A stretch of DNA of 62,928 bases, counting the filler, from Octopus bimaculoides (Eukaryota), in the NCBI RefSeq assembly GCF_001194135.2. It is 7 parts of 7 records of this genome, joined end to end, with 100 filler letters (N's around TTAATTAATTAA, not from the genome) between each part and the next. Parts side by side here need not be neighbours in the genome. Positions count along the whole stretch, not along the records: positions 6,715 to 26,035 come from NC_068990.1; positions 26,136 to 32,572 come from NC_068985.1; 5 more parts are not named here. One strand, written 5' to 3'. The notes beneath the pieces are model-generated. The model worked only from the letters and a program-made list of their open reading frames with translations. It had not been told where the DNA came from and did not search any database. The translations under genes and the position numbers were made by a program. Shown here piece by piece: positions 13,593 through 26,169 of this stretch. Numbering within the stretch: the first letter of the stretch is position 1; each line of letters starts with the position of its first letter.

Positions 13593-13901
13593 NNNNNNNN
13601 NNNNNNNNNNNNNNNNNNNNNNNNNNNNNNNNNNNNNNNNNNNNNNNNNNNNNNNNNNNNNNNNNNNNNNNNNNNNNNNNNNNNNNNNNNNNNNNNNNNN
13701 NNNNNNNNNNNNNNNNNNNNNNNNNNNNNNNNNNNNNNNNNNNNNNNNNNNNNNNNNNNNNNNNNNNNNNNNNNNNNNNNNNNNNNNNNNNNNNNTATAT
13801 ATATACGGAGAGAGAGAGAGAGAGAGAGAGAAAAGAAAGAGAGCGAGAGAAAGAAAGAGAGCGAGAGAAAGATGGAGAGTGAGAACAAGATGGAAAGAGA
13901 T

Positions 13902-13937
<36 letters not shown>

Positions 13938-14270
13938 TGTGTGTGTGTGGAAGGGAGAGAAAGTCCCCAGTCTTGTTCAAACACTACTGAACACCAGCTG
14001 CCAAAACAAAACGAAAAAAGACAAGAAAAATAGATTGAGCCAACGCAAACCCCAACGCCAAAAGTTGCAACAGTTGCAATTCACAGAAATACACTTTTGA
14101 AAATAAATGCTTTCATAATGACATCATATTTCCTGCAGAAGTAACAAGAAACGTCTATGAAAACCCTTATGGCTAATCTCCAAGGAATTAAAACTGCGCC
14201 AAAGCCAATATCTGCACTCATTAAGAACCATTAATCGAATATCAGATACAAAACTTTTATGTCGCATATA

Positions 14271-15175
14271 CGAGGTGCGTTCAAAAAGTATCCGACTTTA
14301 ATTTTCCCGCCGAAACTAATTCCACGTGGGCAAAATCCTTTGGGTGGAAGGTGACACCACTCTTCTTGCGCGTGCGTCAAAATTTTCGTACCAGTAGACC
14401 GTGTCAGTTCCCGGCTGTTACGCCTAGACTACAGACGTGTAGTGCGCGTTCGTCGGATTTTCGTTTTCATGCAAAATTACCGAACGCATCGACAAAGACT
14501 ATAAACCCATATCTCACCACTAGTGATGAAGGTATTCATGAAATCCGAGTCTTAGCTTGCACGGTCCAGTATGTCCTGAGCGATTTCCATGCGGAGTTGC
14601 TTCGGCTGCTCTGCCAGCACCTTGGGGGCGAATTTCGCCGACACTCTTCACATGCACAAATTCTCCATTAAACTGAATGTGTGCTTACTCCCACTTCGTG
14701 AGCAATTTCCTGGGTTGTTACGCAACGATCTTTCATAGCTATTCACCGAACCCTCTCAATCGGCTCCTCGTTTCGCCTTGTGAACTGCCTGCCTGAGCGT
14801 GCCTTGCTCTCCACTGACGCGTGGCCATGTTTGAAGCACTTGTACCACTCTTTAATCTGAGATTTGCCCATGGCATCATCGCTAAAGGCCTGCTGAGTCT
14901 TCTGGCTGGTTTGAGCTTGAGTATCACAAAGCTTTTGACAAAACTTGTTGCAATATCTCTGCTCAATGCGTTCGGTGAAAACGAAAATCCGACGAGCGCG
15001 CACAACACGTGTGTATTCTAGGCGTAACAGCCGGGAACTGACATGGCCTAATTGCACGAAAGTTTTCACACATGCGCTGGAAGGATGGCGTCAACTCTTG
15101 CCCAAAGGATTTTTCCCGTGCGATATTAGTTTTGGCGGGAAAAATTAAAGTCGACCACTTTTTGAACGCACTTTG
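14271..15175 (-). mobile_element. Internally deleted mariner with ~220-bp inverted termini
   Basis: Flanked by TA (14269-70 and 15176-77), with TIR CGAGGTGCGTTCAAAAAGT. The transposase reads EQRYCNKFCQKL...KSQIKEWYKCFKHG...ARSGR and RVSAKFAPKVL, ending at DSDFMNTFITSGEIWVY. Confidence 0.9.
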
Positions 15176-17299
15176 TAAACCCTCAAGAATCCAACATCTT
15201 TCATTCACTCCATTTACATGGAGCATTAACTGATTGATATCCTTTGCTGAAACATGAACTTTGATTTTATCAAAAACTTCAACTACCCGCACTGTAAACT
15301 TGAAAGTTCAACAAAGACCCACCAAATCACCACACCTACTCAAGCCTACATCGAAAACCAGCTCAATGCCTATGTATACTTTCTCGAGTACGTGTCTACA
15401 CACGTCTGTATGCATGAATAGATATACACATCGCTATGTACACATTTTTTTCTATGCATTTACGCATATCAGCATAGATCTGCACATAATGTGCCTGTGC
15501 TCCCGTACAAATGTGGTCAATATATCCATTCATGTTTCTAATGAGTGTACATGTCCACACATATATTATTAACATGATTGTGTGGTTTACAATTATTGTA
15601 TATCACATTGTACTTACATTTATAACACTTCCATGCATCTATGTATTTATGTATGAATGTAAGTATGTATGTATGTATGTATGTACGTATGTATGTATGT
15701 GCCATGAATTATGTAAGTTACATTAAAGCGATGAATCAAGTTGAATGGGTGATGAATAAATAAATGAGCTAAGATAAATAAGCTAAATCAAGAGGATAAA
15801 TGACGATAAATGAAGGTTAAAAAATGGTAAAGACAAATGAAGTTTTTGAAGAGCCTTTGTCATATCCGGCTACTTTCCACATTCATTCTCCTTACTTTGC
15901 TGTATACGGTTGTTTTTCTATCTAATATCTATTTTATTTATATTTTCTATTTATTTATCACCTTTCGTCACCTTTCATTATTCACTATTTATCGCCATTT
16001 GTCAGCCCTTGATTTATCTGATCTCATTTATTTATTTCCTCTTATCAAACTTGATTCATTGCTTTCATATAACAACTATCATTCATTGTTTTTATGATAA
16101 CTTACCTGACTGATCTTGCTTTTCATCGTTAACTTACATTCGAATGAGATATTCTTCAGAATGAACACGCATGCCTGTACGTTTTTATACGCCAGTGCCT
16201 GTGTGCGTGCATCATTGTTAATTAATGAAGTAAATGTATATGTAATCGAACAAGTGTAAACATGTGGACAGCATGGTTATGAATATGTATTACATGGAGA
16301 GATGTACATGCAGATATTATATGTGCATGGGCATTTGTGCTAAGAGCACATACCTGCTAACATTCGAGACGATTCCACGCAACTCTCTATGTATGTGCGT
16401 CTATAGAAACGTGCATATCTACATGAGTGAATGCATGTATGCGCGAATGTGTGTACGCAAGAATATATGAATAGATGCATGCCTAAGTGAACTCGTATCC
16501 ACATGCACGCGTTTGAAAGAAGAATGAAAAATACTGCAAGGAAAGTTATCTTCTTTGAACAATAATTGAGGGGGTTAAAATCACTTTCTTTTTTACATAT
16601 TGCTTTATCCTCTCCATTATTATATTCTTATCCATTATGTAACCACAATCATGCAGCCAAATCCCCGATAACTATTTTTTATGGAATTTTTTCGCGATAT
16701 TCTTCGATTGAATTTATATTTTTCCTCGCCTGGGGCAAAAAATTTTTAAGGCGCAGGCGTGGCTATGTGGAAAAATGTTTTCTTCTCAACCACTGGTTCT
16801 TGGTTCAGTCCCAGTGTGGCACCTCTGACAAATGGAAAATGTTTTCTACTGTAGTCCCGAACCGACCAAAGTCTTTAATAATAAACGCGAAATTCTGTCT
16901 GTCCGTCCGGAACACCTGTATCTCAGTCTACATTTGCTCTACATATACATATTGTACCCTTTTGGAATCAGGGTGATCCCGGGATTGAAAATTTGCCCTT
17001 CATTTGGTTCTTAAACATCCAGCATTGGAATCAGCATTGTTATATGCTAACAGTTGAAAATTCACATTTCAAAAGAACTCCAAAAATTTGTGAACTTCAT
17101 TTGAACTGAATTTAAAGTAATACCATATTGGTAGAGTGCCAATAAATGCTTTATCATTATTGCTCTCTTTGGTTTTGGGCCACAAGCCCAATTAACCCAC
17201 CGCAGGAGCTAGCTCAAAAGAACGCGCGGAGCGCGGCTTTTAAGCTAGTCTCCTAATACTTTCCTATCAAGCTTTATTTTTTTATTGTGTAGCGCGCTC

Positions 17300-19140
17300 A
17301 TTTGCTCCTTGTGTATGGCAGGCCTACAAGACCATGTTGTATTTGTGCTGCTAATGTAACAGTTGGAGTCATGAAGTTTACAACTTTCACTTTTACAATC
17401 GAGTTAATAAATCACATTGGTCATTTATAGCTAGTTATCGGGTATATATGTTTGGGGTCTGTCATTAAGGAGGTTTTTATTTTTTGTGTTTTTATAATAT
17501 ATTATTAACTATAGTTATGGTTTGATGTGATACATCTATGGTCAATTCCATAAGATTTTTGATAATGTACTTGTCTGTTTTATAGTTACAATGCATTTGA
17601 CTCATATACTGACTTTACGAGTGATTTATATATTTATAACTGGCGCAATGTCTGGTGCATTTGTTGCATAGTATTTGTGTCTACATGCTGCTGTGGTTTG
17701 GTCTACTAATCTGCGAGGATATTCTTTGTTAATTAGTGTTTATTTTATAATGCTGATTTCTTTATCTAATGCTTAGTTCGTGGAAGAGCATCTAAAAGCT
17801 CTTCTAAGTAGGGATTTTCCTACTGACATTTTTTAACTGAGAAAATATTTGCTGTCTCTATATAAGTATTTACATATATTAGTATGATTGATGTACACGA
17901 GTGTGAGATATCAGTTCTCTTCAATCTGGTTATTTATATGTAAAAATGAAATTCTATCTGCATTATTCTGGATATTAAATTTTAGTAGAATTATTCCGTG
18001 TTCTCGACATTTTTTAGTACAGCTATCACAGTATATTGCCACATATCTGATGTTGGCGATATGCTGTAATAGATGCATAAACATACCAAAGCATATGTTT
18101 ATACTTTGATACTTCTTTGTTTTCGATAGATAGAATGTCACAAACGTTACTACTTAAGAACCCATGGTTATTCGGAGTTTGCATTGTGAACAGTGAAAAC
18201 TCAAAGACGTACTTCTTATTAATATTTTGGAGGTGTGTTTACCAGACAAATGATTTGATCTACGACCGTGTGTTGAAAATAAAACGATTGCAGCGTAAAA
18301 GACACATGTTAAACATTTATTATTTGTTATATGGTGTCAAGCATTTTGCCGTGCTGACTGCGAAATGGTCACTGACAAAATTGTTCAGCAGTATTTGAGT
18401 GAAGTTAACAGCCTTTGTGTGTTTTTGAATGGCTAACATGTCTTCCACGCTGCAATCGTTCATACTAAATGTTTTTATTATAACTGGGCTAGAACCACAG
18501 GTGGATTTATTTATGAATGTTTGTATACATTATCTAATTCTGTTCCTATTGTATTTGCGAAGAGAAAATTGGTGGACAGACTTTAAACATTTGGAATCAA
18601 GACGGTATCAACTTCATCGTCAACACAAATCACATTCGCTTAGTGTCAAAGTGGTAGTTACATACTCCAAGAACATTTCACATTCTAAACATACTGGCAT
18701 CATTGGTGATAGATTTAGGAACTTCATCGCCTCAAACAAACTGAATGGGACTTATATGTAAATATATATGTAAAAAAATAAAACTTAATAAAAACGATAA
18801 AAATATAACAGTTCATTAAGCTCTTTCTTACCCTTCAGCTCCCCTCTCATCTCATCTTTTCTCTTCACCTCACTCTCAACTTTGCCTGCTTCTTAGTCCA
18901 TTATTCTTCCCATCTTCCTTCTCATATTGTTTCTCTTTTCACTTCCTCTTCACGTACGAAGCTCACGTGGTCCTGCATTACTTACCTGCTCCAGCTAGCT
19001 TTTTTTTTCTTTTTAAACCAAAAGGCTTAGAGGGTGTAAAACTCTATCTCTCATTAATTTCTTTCCTTCTAACTTTTCTCTGAAGAAGATTTTGTCCGAA
19101 ACATTGGATTCTACACCCCCCACAGCGAGTTTGCAAGTAC
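17300..19140 (+). mobile_element. Possible highly decayed Penelope-like element (GIY-YIG relic, pyrimidine-rich tail, hammerhead-like motif)
   Basis: Across frames, 18540-18680 gives C..C..EEKIGGQT...LHRQHKSH, resembling the PLE GIY-YIG C-x2-C...YIGQT...HRQH. A CT-rich tract follows at 18820-18950, then CTGAAGAAGATTTTGTCCGAAAC at 19080-19102. RT motifs were not confidently recovered. Confidence 0.35.
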
Positions 19141-19459
19141 AGTGTATATATATATATATAGATAGATAGATAGATATAGATATAGATATAGATATAGATA
19201 TAGATATTTCGGAGGAGAAGATCTCCTTCTCCAAGACGTTAGAAAAAGAGGTGTTTGGAAACTTTTTCCAGCCACCACTTTTCCGAATGTCCTGAAGAAG
19301 GGGTCTCCACCTCTAAATATAGAAATACAAGGTAAAACTGCAACTTTGTTCTGTTTTCTTTTCAATTTGTAGTCTACTTTGTACCTTCTCGCATTGTTCC
19401 GGCTTTACACAACTACATTCTTTAAATACGCACGTACCCCCCCCCCAAACACACACATA

Positions 19460-20240
19460 CAGGATGTTTGGGCTAAATTTGATGATTTTTATATCTCCTT
19501 TTTCGGGATCAGCTTAATGTATTGGTGCACAGTCAACAGCGTTGGAAAGCATAACGATTAGAGCTGTAGTTGAGAAAAAGCTAGCTGACACGGAGGGCTA
19601 GAAGCCGTCTGCATATTGGAAAGGAGCTACTTGTATCATGACGGTTAGCTCCGGATATCAAAATAAGATATGCATCATGAAACCAAGTCCCCCAAACTGC
19701 GATAGTCTTTGAGTGCACCTTCAGGGTCACGTCATACCACCACGCGTCTTTGAACAGGAACTTGGGCTCAATTCAGGTGTCTCTATGATGCTGCAGGAAA
19801 TTATGGTCAAACCTTGGCTGGAGAGGCTTACTGCTGGAAGGCCATATGTGTGGTATCAGAATTTGGTTCCTTGCCATACCTCCAGAAAGAACCAGTCGGA
19901 GAATTTTACGACTTCATTAGCCCCAATTTCTGGCCTCCTACTTCTCCCGATTGTTATCCCATGGATTACTATGCGTGAGACGCAGTTAAGAAAGACACAA
20001 CAGCTCTGACTGGTGGCCAAGATCAAGGAGGTGTTCAAAGATCTTTCCTCAGTGACAGTGAGGAATGAATGTGCTAGAATCTGGAGCCGTCATGAAAACT
20101 GAGGACAGCTACTTTGGGTAAACTATTATTTCCCAGTCATAATCTAGTTTAATTTTGTTTTTAAATACCTTTATCTCTGGATGGTATATTCTGTTTTCAT
20201 TCCCTTTAATGCAAGCCGTCAAATTTAGCCCAGACGCCTT
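19460..20240 (+). mobile_element. Internally deleted Tc1/mariner element, maT (DD37D)-like
   Basis: TA-flanked imperfect TIR CAGGATGTTTGGGCTAAATTTGA / TCAAATTTAGCCCAGACGCCTT. Translation gives VIPPRVFEQ..., VKPWLERLTAGRPYVWYQNLVPCHTSRK and PNFWPPTSPDCYPMDYY. Confidence 0.85.
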
Positions 20241-20380
20241 ATATATATCAAAAGGATATGTTATAATATTATTCCACAGCCATACCAACAATCCAATAAT
20301 ACTATTCCGCATATACAAAAACAGTCATACCAACAATCCAACATACCTCCATCATCAGCTGCCCCACGGATATCATTATG

Positions 20381-20424
20381 GTGACACAATGGCCGAGAGT
20401 TTCCTGCATGGCATTATCAAACTG
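20381..20424 (-). ncRNA. Hammerhead-like motif, U3-A8 core (decayed copy A)
   Basis: Minus strand CAGT-TTGATAA-TGCCATGCAG-GAAAC-TCTCGGCCATT; paralogue of copy B, which is 337 bp away. Confidence 0.4.
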
Positions 20425-20429
20425 TTTGT

Positions 20430-20493
<64 letters not shown>

Positions 20494-20717
20494 GAGAATA
20501 TACGAAAAAACAACAACAGACGAGGACAGGTGGTGTAAATAACAAAAGGATGTATTAGTATGGCGCTCGGGAATACGGAAAGTCTTTGACGTTTATATAT
20601 ATATATATATATATGAGGAACAAGAACAACTTTAGATTTTATAGGGTGAATGGAAAAATAGAACACAATACATGAGTATATATACTTTTTATATATTTTT
20701 AATTTGCAAAAATACAA

Positions 20718-20765
20718 GTGACGCAACGGCCGAGAGTTTCGCGCATGGCATTATCAAACTGACTC
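20718..20765 (-). ncRNA. Minimal type-I hammerhead-like motif, U3-A8 core (copy B)
   Basis: Minus strand TTGATAA-T-GC[CATGC]GC-GAAA-C[TCTCGGCC]GT-T. It has a 2-bp stem II, stem III with a palindromic CGGCCG and a GUU triplet; stem I is weak. Confidence 0.55.
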
Positions 20766-21418
20766 ATCTGACCATGCGTTTCTTATACAGAGTAAATTAC
20801 AATTCTTTCCGAAACGTTCGATTAAAAATTGATATTTTTTAATAGTCATGAAATTCGAGAATTTTTAAATGATCTATCCGTAAGACAAAGACTGGTCTTT
20901 AGATAAAATTAAATGCGATGTACATATGAGTGCGTTTTGTTCATCTTTTGTTTGTTTGCTTTTTTTTATATTTTATTTTCTGTTAAGATACTCTTTGTTC
21001 AACAAGCAGCTTATTTGATAATTCGCAATTTTCACCTGACTCTCCGATATTAATTTTTAATTGAATATATCATTAAACAATATTATACGCACAATTTATC
21101 TATGTGTATAAAACATGGTATTTATTTCTGTATACTCAATTCTCATTGTTCCTGTGGCCTCCATTCCTTCTTTCCTTCCGTTGGAAAATTACCCTAAAAT
21201 AAATAAGATTAAATAGATACATCAATAATGTTTCATTAAAATTGTCATAGAGAATAACATCCCATTACGTTTTATATATAATGTGACATTAATGTCAAAT
21301 GTCATTTTTGACGGCACGGGGATACTCAAAATGTTATCTGTAAACACATCCTAGATGATTCGTGGATCAAGTGTGGAACTGCCGAGGGTATCGGCGCGAG
21401 ACTACACGGGGAACAAAA

Positions 21419-21460
21419 ATGATGAGTGAAAGCATGGTAAATGCTGCCAACTTATCTTCG
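21419..21460 (+). CDS. Candidate first coding exon MMSESMVNAANLSS (unidentified host gene)
   Basis: AAAAATG start context, 14 open codons and a consensus donor TCG|GTGAGT, in unique non-repeat sequence. No homology recognised. Confidence 0.35.
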
Positions 21461-21704
21461 GTGAGTGTGCATGCATATGTGTGCGTGCATGCGTATGTGT
21501 GTGTATTATGCTATGTTAAGGATGTTCTTGAAAATATATAAAGCAATGTAGGTGTACGCGTGTAGTGTGTGTGTGTGTGTGTGTGTGCGTGTGTGTGTGC
21601 GTGCGTGCGTGTGTGTGTGTGTGTGTGCGTGAATATTACAAGAAAATAGCGAAGACAAAATTCGAAATATATAGCGTTTAGCTGCTAAAAAGGATTTCTG
21701 ACTC

Positions 21705-21788
<84 letters not shown>

Positions 21789-21790
21789 AC

Positions 21791-22185
21791 ATGTTGCTGC
21801 AAAAGTTGTTGCGGTTTTTAACCATCGTAAAGCAACGATATCTCAACTCAGAATAAATTTTATCTAATCGAAGTAATAACTAATAGCAAGTCTGTAGCAT
21901 CAAATTCTGGAGTGTAAGAACTGACGAATTCTTTGAAGTTCGTTTTGAGCTACTTCCTCTCCATTGTTGAAGGTTACTTGCAGCAGGAAGCTATAGAAAT
22001 TCTCGAAAAAGTCGGGGTCAGTTGAAAAGAGACCTGAGGAGTAAGTTGGATGAGGTCGAGAATCGCAACCCAGTTCATTTCGCCAGAATTCAAGAAACAG
22101 TGGTGGATCATTCCACATACCACCAAACAGCGACCATAATTCTGTTTTGATGAGCTTTTGACCGGATTAGCAAGTTCGTCCATCA
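21791..22185 (-). mobile_element. Hsmar1-like mariner 3' fragment with TIR
   Basis: TIR remnant GCAAAAGTTGTTGCGGTTTTT. Translation gives NELGCDSRPHPTYSSGLFSTDPDFFENFYSFL...FNNGEE..FKEFV, a decayed LPHPPYSPDLSPTDYHFF block. Confidence 0.8.
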
Positions 22186-24394
22186 GAAGTTGTCGGATGC
22201 AATCGCCAACAACCGATGGTGGATAGCCCTGAAAAGAGCTATTAGAGTAGAGGCAGTAAGGTTCCGTAAAGAATCTAGAATAGAGGGTGACCTAGTTAGG
22301 AAGCTAGAAAAGAAATTTACAAGAAGTATAACCACTAACATGCTGGCGGCGAGATTGGATCATGATCAATTCTTCAAAGCCAAGCACGAAGGTTGCGTTG
22401 TCAGAGCTAGGACGCGTGCGTTAAAACATGAGGAAATGAAAGCCGTCCGATAGGCCTGGGTGGAAGAAACACAACGTGATAACAAAGACACAATTCGGTC
22501 TTTGATGGGTCGGGACGGGCACATGCTACTCGAATGAAGCAGATGTGTGCAGGATATCTGCAGCACTTTGCCGAACTGCACAGAGCGCGCAGTGGGTCGA
22601 GACGGGAGTGAATTTCATCTCCTCCCTCGACGGCATGCCGCGCCTTTCGACCAGGGATGCAGAGTTATACAAAATGCAGATAACGGTAGAAGAGATACGG
22701 GACGTGATGGCTGGCTGCAAAAGAGAGGTCTTCGGGGCTGGATGGTCAACTCTTGAGCGTTATCTTCATATGCCAGACTTGTTCGGAAATCTCTTGGCGG
22801 ATGTTTACCACAACTGGCAGACATGTGCTATCTCAAACATATCTCCACGACAATCTCCACCTCATGCGTATCCCGCATGAACAAGGATGCGGAAGGTTCG
22901 TGTCGGCTTATGCGAACAACGTCACCGTAATAGTGTCGGACATCTCGGAAATCAAGATGATCGGCACTACTTTAAGGGAGTAAAAAGCGGTAACAGTAAC
23001 AAAGATTAACGAGAAGTCGGTGAGCCTGCAGCCCAGCATTGAGAAGCAGGTCCATGTCGTCCGACAGCGTCGAAGGGCGGTGGATGGAAGGGCCGGTTAA
23101 ATTGCTCGGGGTCTGGTTTGATCCAGACTTCCAGGTGGACAAGAACTGAGTGGAGGTGACAAGCAGGGTGGCCAGTCTCACTCAGAAATGAACAGAGAGG
23201 AAGCTAGCTGTCCCTGAAAGGTCAGGTGGAGCTGACGCTTTCATCATCTACCGCCTGACCGTCGTCCGTCGCCCTGCATCGTGGCTGATCAAGCTGGAGC
23301 GCTTGCTCTTCCGTTTCCTGTGGAAGGGATGTCAGACGGTCCATCTGCTGTCAGTAGCCGCTGAGAAAAAGACTGAGCATGCTGTGGTTAATGATGCACA
23401 AACATGCGCTGAAACTGCGACATCTCCAGCGTTTCTTTAACGGTGAGCAGGTTTGATCGCCGTTTGTCAGACAGGATTTTACGCAGCTCATCTCATTGAC
23501 GGAGCTACAGTCCTGGATTAAACGTAGACCGAGAAAGAGTGCTTCGCACCTAGGGTGTCGGCCAGCGCTTACAGTCGCCTGTCAATCAGGCAAGGCAGTC
23601 GGTGGAAATCCCACATTGGATTGAGGATTAGTGGCGGGCAAGAGCGACGACGTTCTCGGGGAAACTCTGGGCATCAGGAGGGATCAATTAGCTGGCCTTT
23701 TCTGAAGAACTTTCGGGCCGGGGTCTATAGATGATATCCAGAAATCTCCTGCTTAGCAGTGTTGCCAGGGCGCCCTGACGGTTCGAGACAAGCTCTATTG
23801 GCACGGAAGTGCTGTCAGACGGAACTGTCCGAGATGTGCGCAGGGTGATGAAATCGAACATGGCAGATTTGTAGAGCTTTGTCGAACAGCTGTCGACGCA
23901 TGTAGGACGGATCCGATTATCAGCCGAGTCCATCGTGAGGATCAACCTGCCGCCTTTATTTTGGCCGAGAATAAATAGCAATTTTCCTGTCTAATGACTA
24001 GGCGAAATGAGGTCGAGGAGGTCGAAAGGACTGAAGACAGATATTTTCCTCTTTGGTCAAGCTCTCATTGACTTTTTTCAAGTCCCAGTTGAAAAGGAAA
24101 GTGAGGATGGAGAAGTAAGTGTTGCCCCAAGCTGCTCCTGTGGCAAAAATTTTAAATCATTATTATTATTATTGTTCAGTAGTTTTATTTTTATAACGTG
24201 CTTTCACTTCACTACCGAGCGCAGCTCTGTGCACCTTGGGTATGTGCTGTGGTTTGCTGTGGTGCTCTTATGGTTTCGTTTTTTGGGTAGAGCACTGCTG
24301 TGAAATAGGCGTGTAGGATCGAAATGTATTCCTCACGTGTCCATTTATGCCGTTTTGGTTTTGTTTGCGGGACATGAGGAACAACGCCCGGCCC

Positions 24395-24400
<6 letters not shown>
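22186..24400 (+). mobile_element. 5'-truncated, decayed Tx1/L1-clade LINE ORF2 with 3' UTR
   Basis: WWIALKRAIR, KAKHEGCVVRAR, ITVEEIRDVM, YLHDNLHLMR, SAYANNVTV (decayed YADD), GPVKLLGVWF, LERLLFRFLWKG and a C-terminal CPRC...H knuckle. It ends in (ATT)n at ~24397. Confidence 0.8.
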
Positions 24401-24438
<38 letters not shown>

Positions 24439-24616
24439 GGTGGCGAACTGGCAGAACCGTTAATTTTAAGCATTGTTCTTAGAGAAGAAACGATTATTTA
24501 TTTAATTATTTATTCGCCAGATTTGATAAATTATTCATCGGTCAAAAACGGAAGTATATTTAATTGACTATACATACTATCGCCAACTTTTCTGGTGTGG
24601 TTAAAATTCAGAATTG

Positions 24617-24653
<37 letters not shown>

Positions 24654-24835
24654 GAGAGAGAGAGATAATCACATAGTAATCGTATATTAAGGGAAGCCAC
24701 AATTTAAGAACGAACTCAATACATTTAGAATGCAGAATATACAAATATATCTGGAGAGTTCTGAACAGACTGAAATAGGTGGCCAGCCTGTAAGATCCAA
24801 TAACATAATACACACAAAAAAACTCGCGCACACAC

Positions 24836-24907
<72 letters not shown>

Positions 24908-24917
24908 NNNNNNNNNN

Positions 24918-25200
24918 AAGACAGACGAAATACTGCTAAGCATTCCGCCCGGCGTGCTAACGTTTCTTATTTCTTTATTGCCCATAAGGGGCTAAACATA
25001 GAGGGGACAAATAAGGACAGACAAAGGGATTAAGTCGATTACATCGACCCCCAGAGCATAACTGGTACTTAATTTATCGACCCCGAAAGGATGAAAGGCA
25101 AAGTCGACCTCGGCGGAATTTGAACTCAGAACGTAAAGACAGGCGAAATAACGCTAAGCATTTCGCCCGGTGTTCTAACGTTTCTGCCAGCTCGCCGCTT
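24918..25200 (-). mobile_element. Two nested or tandem SINE-B copies
   Basis: A full copy at 24962-25200 and a second 5' end at 24918-24961. Confidence 0.85.
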
Positions 25201-25289
25201 TAACGCACACACATATTGTAAGAAATTGGGAGAGAGAACGATAAAAGATGGAGGAAGGAGGGAGCTATTAACTTTCTAATTTTTTTGAT

Positions 25290-25560
25290 GCAATGTTAAT
25301 GACCGCTTCCACTATCTCCAGTAGCACTGATAAAGCCACCGTTATTATCATCACTGACACCATCAAGATCACCATCATCATAATCGTCATTGTTGTTGTC
25401 GACGTCGCCAACGAAGCTGTCAAAACCACATCCAACAACAACCTCGGGCACGTCGTCGTCTACGACGCCCTCGTAGCCGTCATGACCAACGTCGTCGTCG
25501 ACGTCGTCGTCGTTGTCGACGCCGTCGTCAGCAACAGCAGTAATCAGTACGATATGCCTG
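25290..25560. repeat. Degenerate CpG-rich (GTC/CAT)n trinucleotide tract
   Basis: Period-3 GTCGTCGAC and CATCAC runs. Confidence 0.75.
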
Positions 25561-25744
25561 TTTAAACAATGCACGGCGTTTGTGTTCGGATGCAAAAAAA
25601 GCATCTCCCCATGCGTTTCAATGCAGTCCACGAATTAGGAAATATTTTAGAAGGGAAATTACTTTCTAGCACAATTCATATGTCAATATTTTCTGAAACT
25701 ATTATAACTTCACACACGCACACGCACACGCACACGCACACGCA

Positions 25745-25890
25745 CATGTATGTGACTGCGTGGTAAGAAGTTTGCTTCTCAACCACACCGTTCCAGGTTC
25801 AGTCCCACTGCGCAGCATCTTGGCTAAGTGTCTTCTACTAAAGCACCACGCCGACCAAAGCCTTATGAGTGGGTTTGGAAATAGAAAATA
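25745..25890 (+). mobile_element. SINE family A head (tRNA-like plus a CORE-like CCTTGGGCAAGT block)
   Basis: GTGACTGCGTGGTAAGAAGTTTGC...GGTTCAGTCCCACTGCG..CTTGGCTAAGTGTCTTCTACT. Further copies lie at 16745, 37590 and 56810. Confidence 0.8.
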
Positions 25891-25898
25891 GCTTGTCG

Positions 25899-25939
<41 letters not shown>

Positions 25940-25996
25940 ACACATGTATATATATGTATGTATATGCGTGTATGTATGCGTGTATACATATATGTA

Positions 25997-26035
<39 letters not shown>

Positions 26036-26135
26036 NNNNNNNNNNNNNNNNNNNNNNNNNNNNNNNNNNNNNNNNNNNNTTAATTAATTAANNNNNNNNN
26101 NNNNNNNNNNNNNNNNNNNNNNNNNNNNNNNNNNN

Positions 26136-26169
<34 letters not shown>

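Noticed and set aside
14138-14176. Possible + terminal exon EVTRNVYENPYG* after TTTCCTGCAG
   Set aside because: Only 12 codons, and no linked upstream exon can be supported.
25293-25631. Overlapping V-rich and D-rich ORFs in a CpG-dense patch
   Set aside because: Decayed (GTC/GAC)n repeat that is open on both strands, with no convincing splice or start signals.
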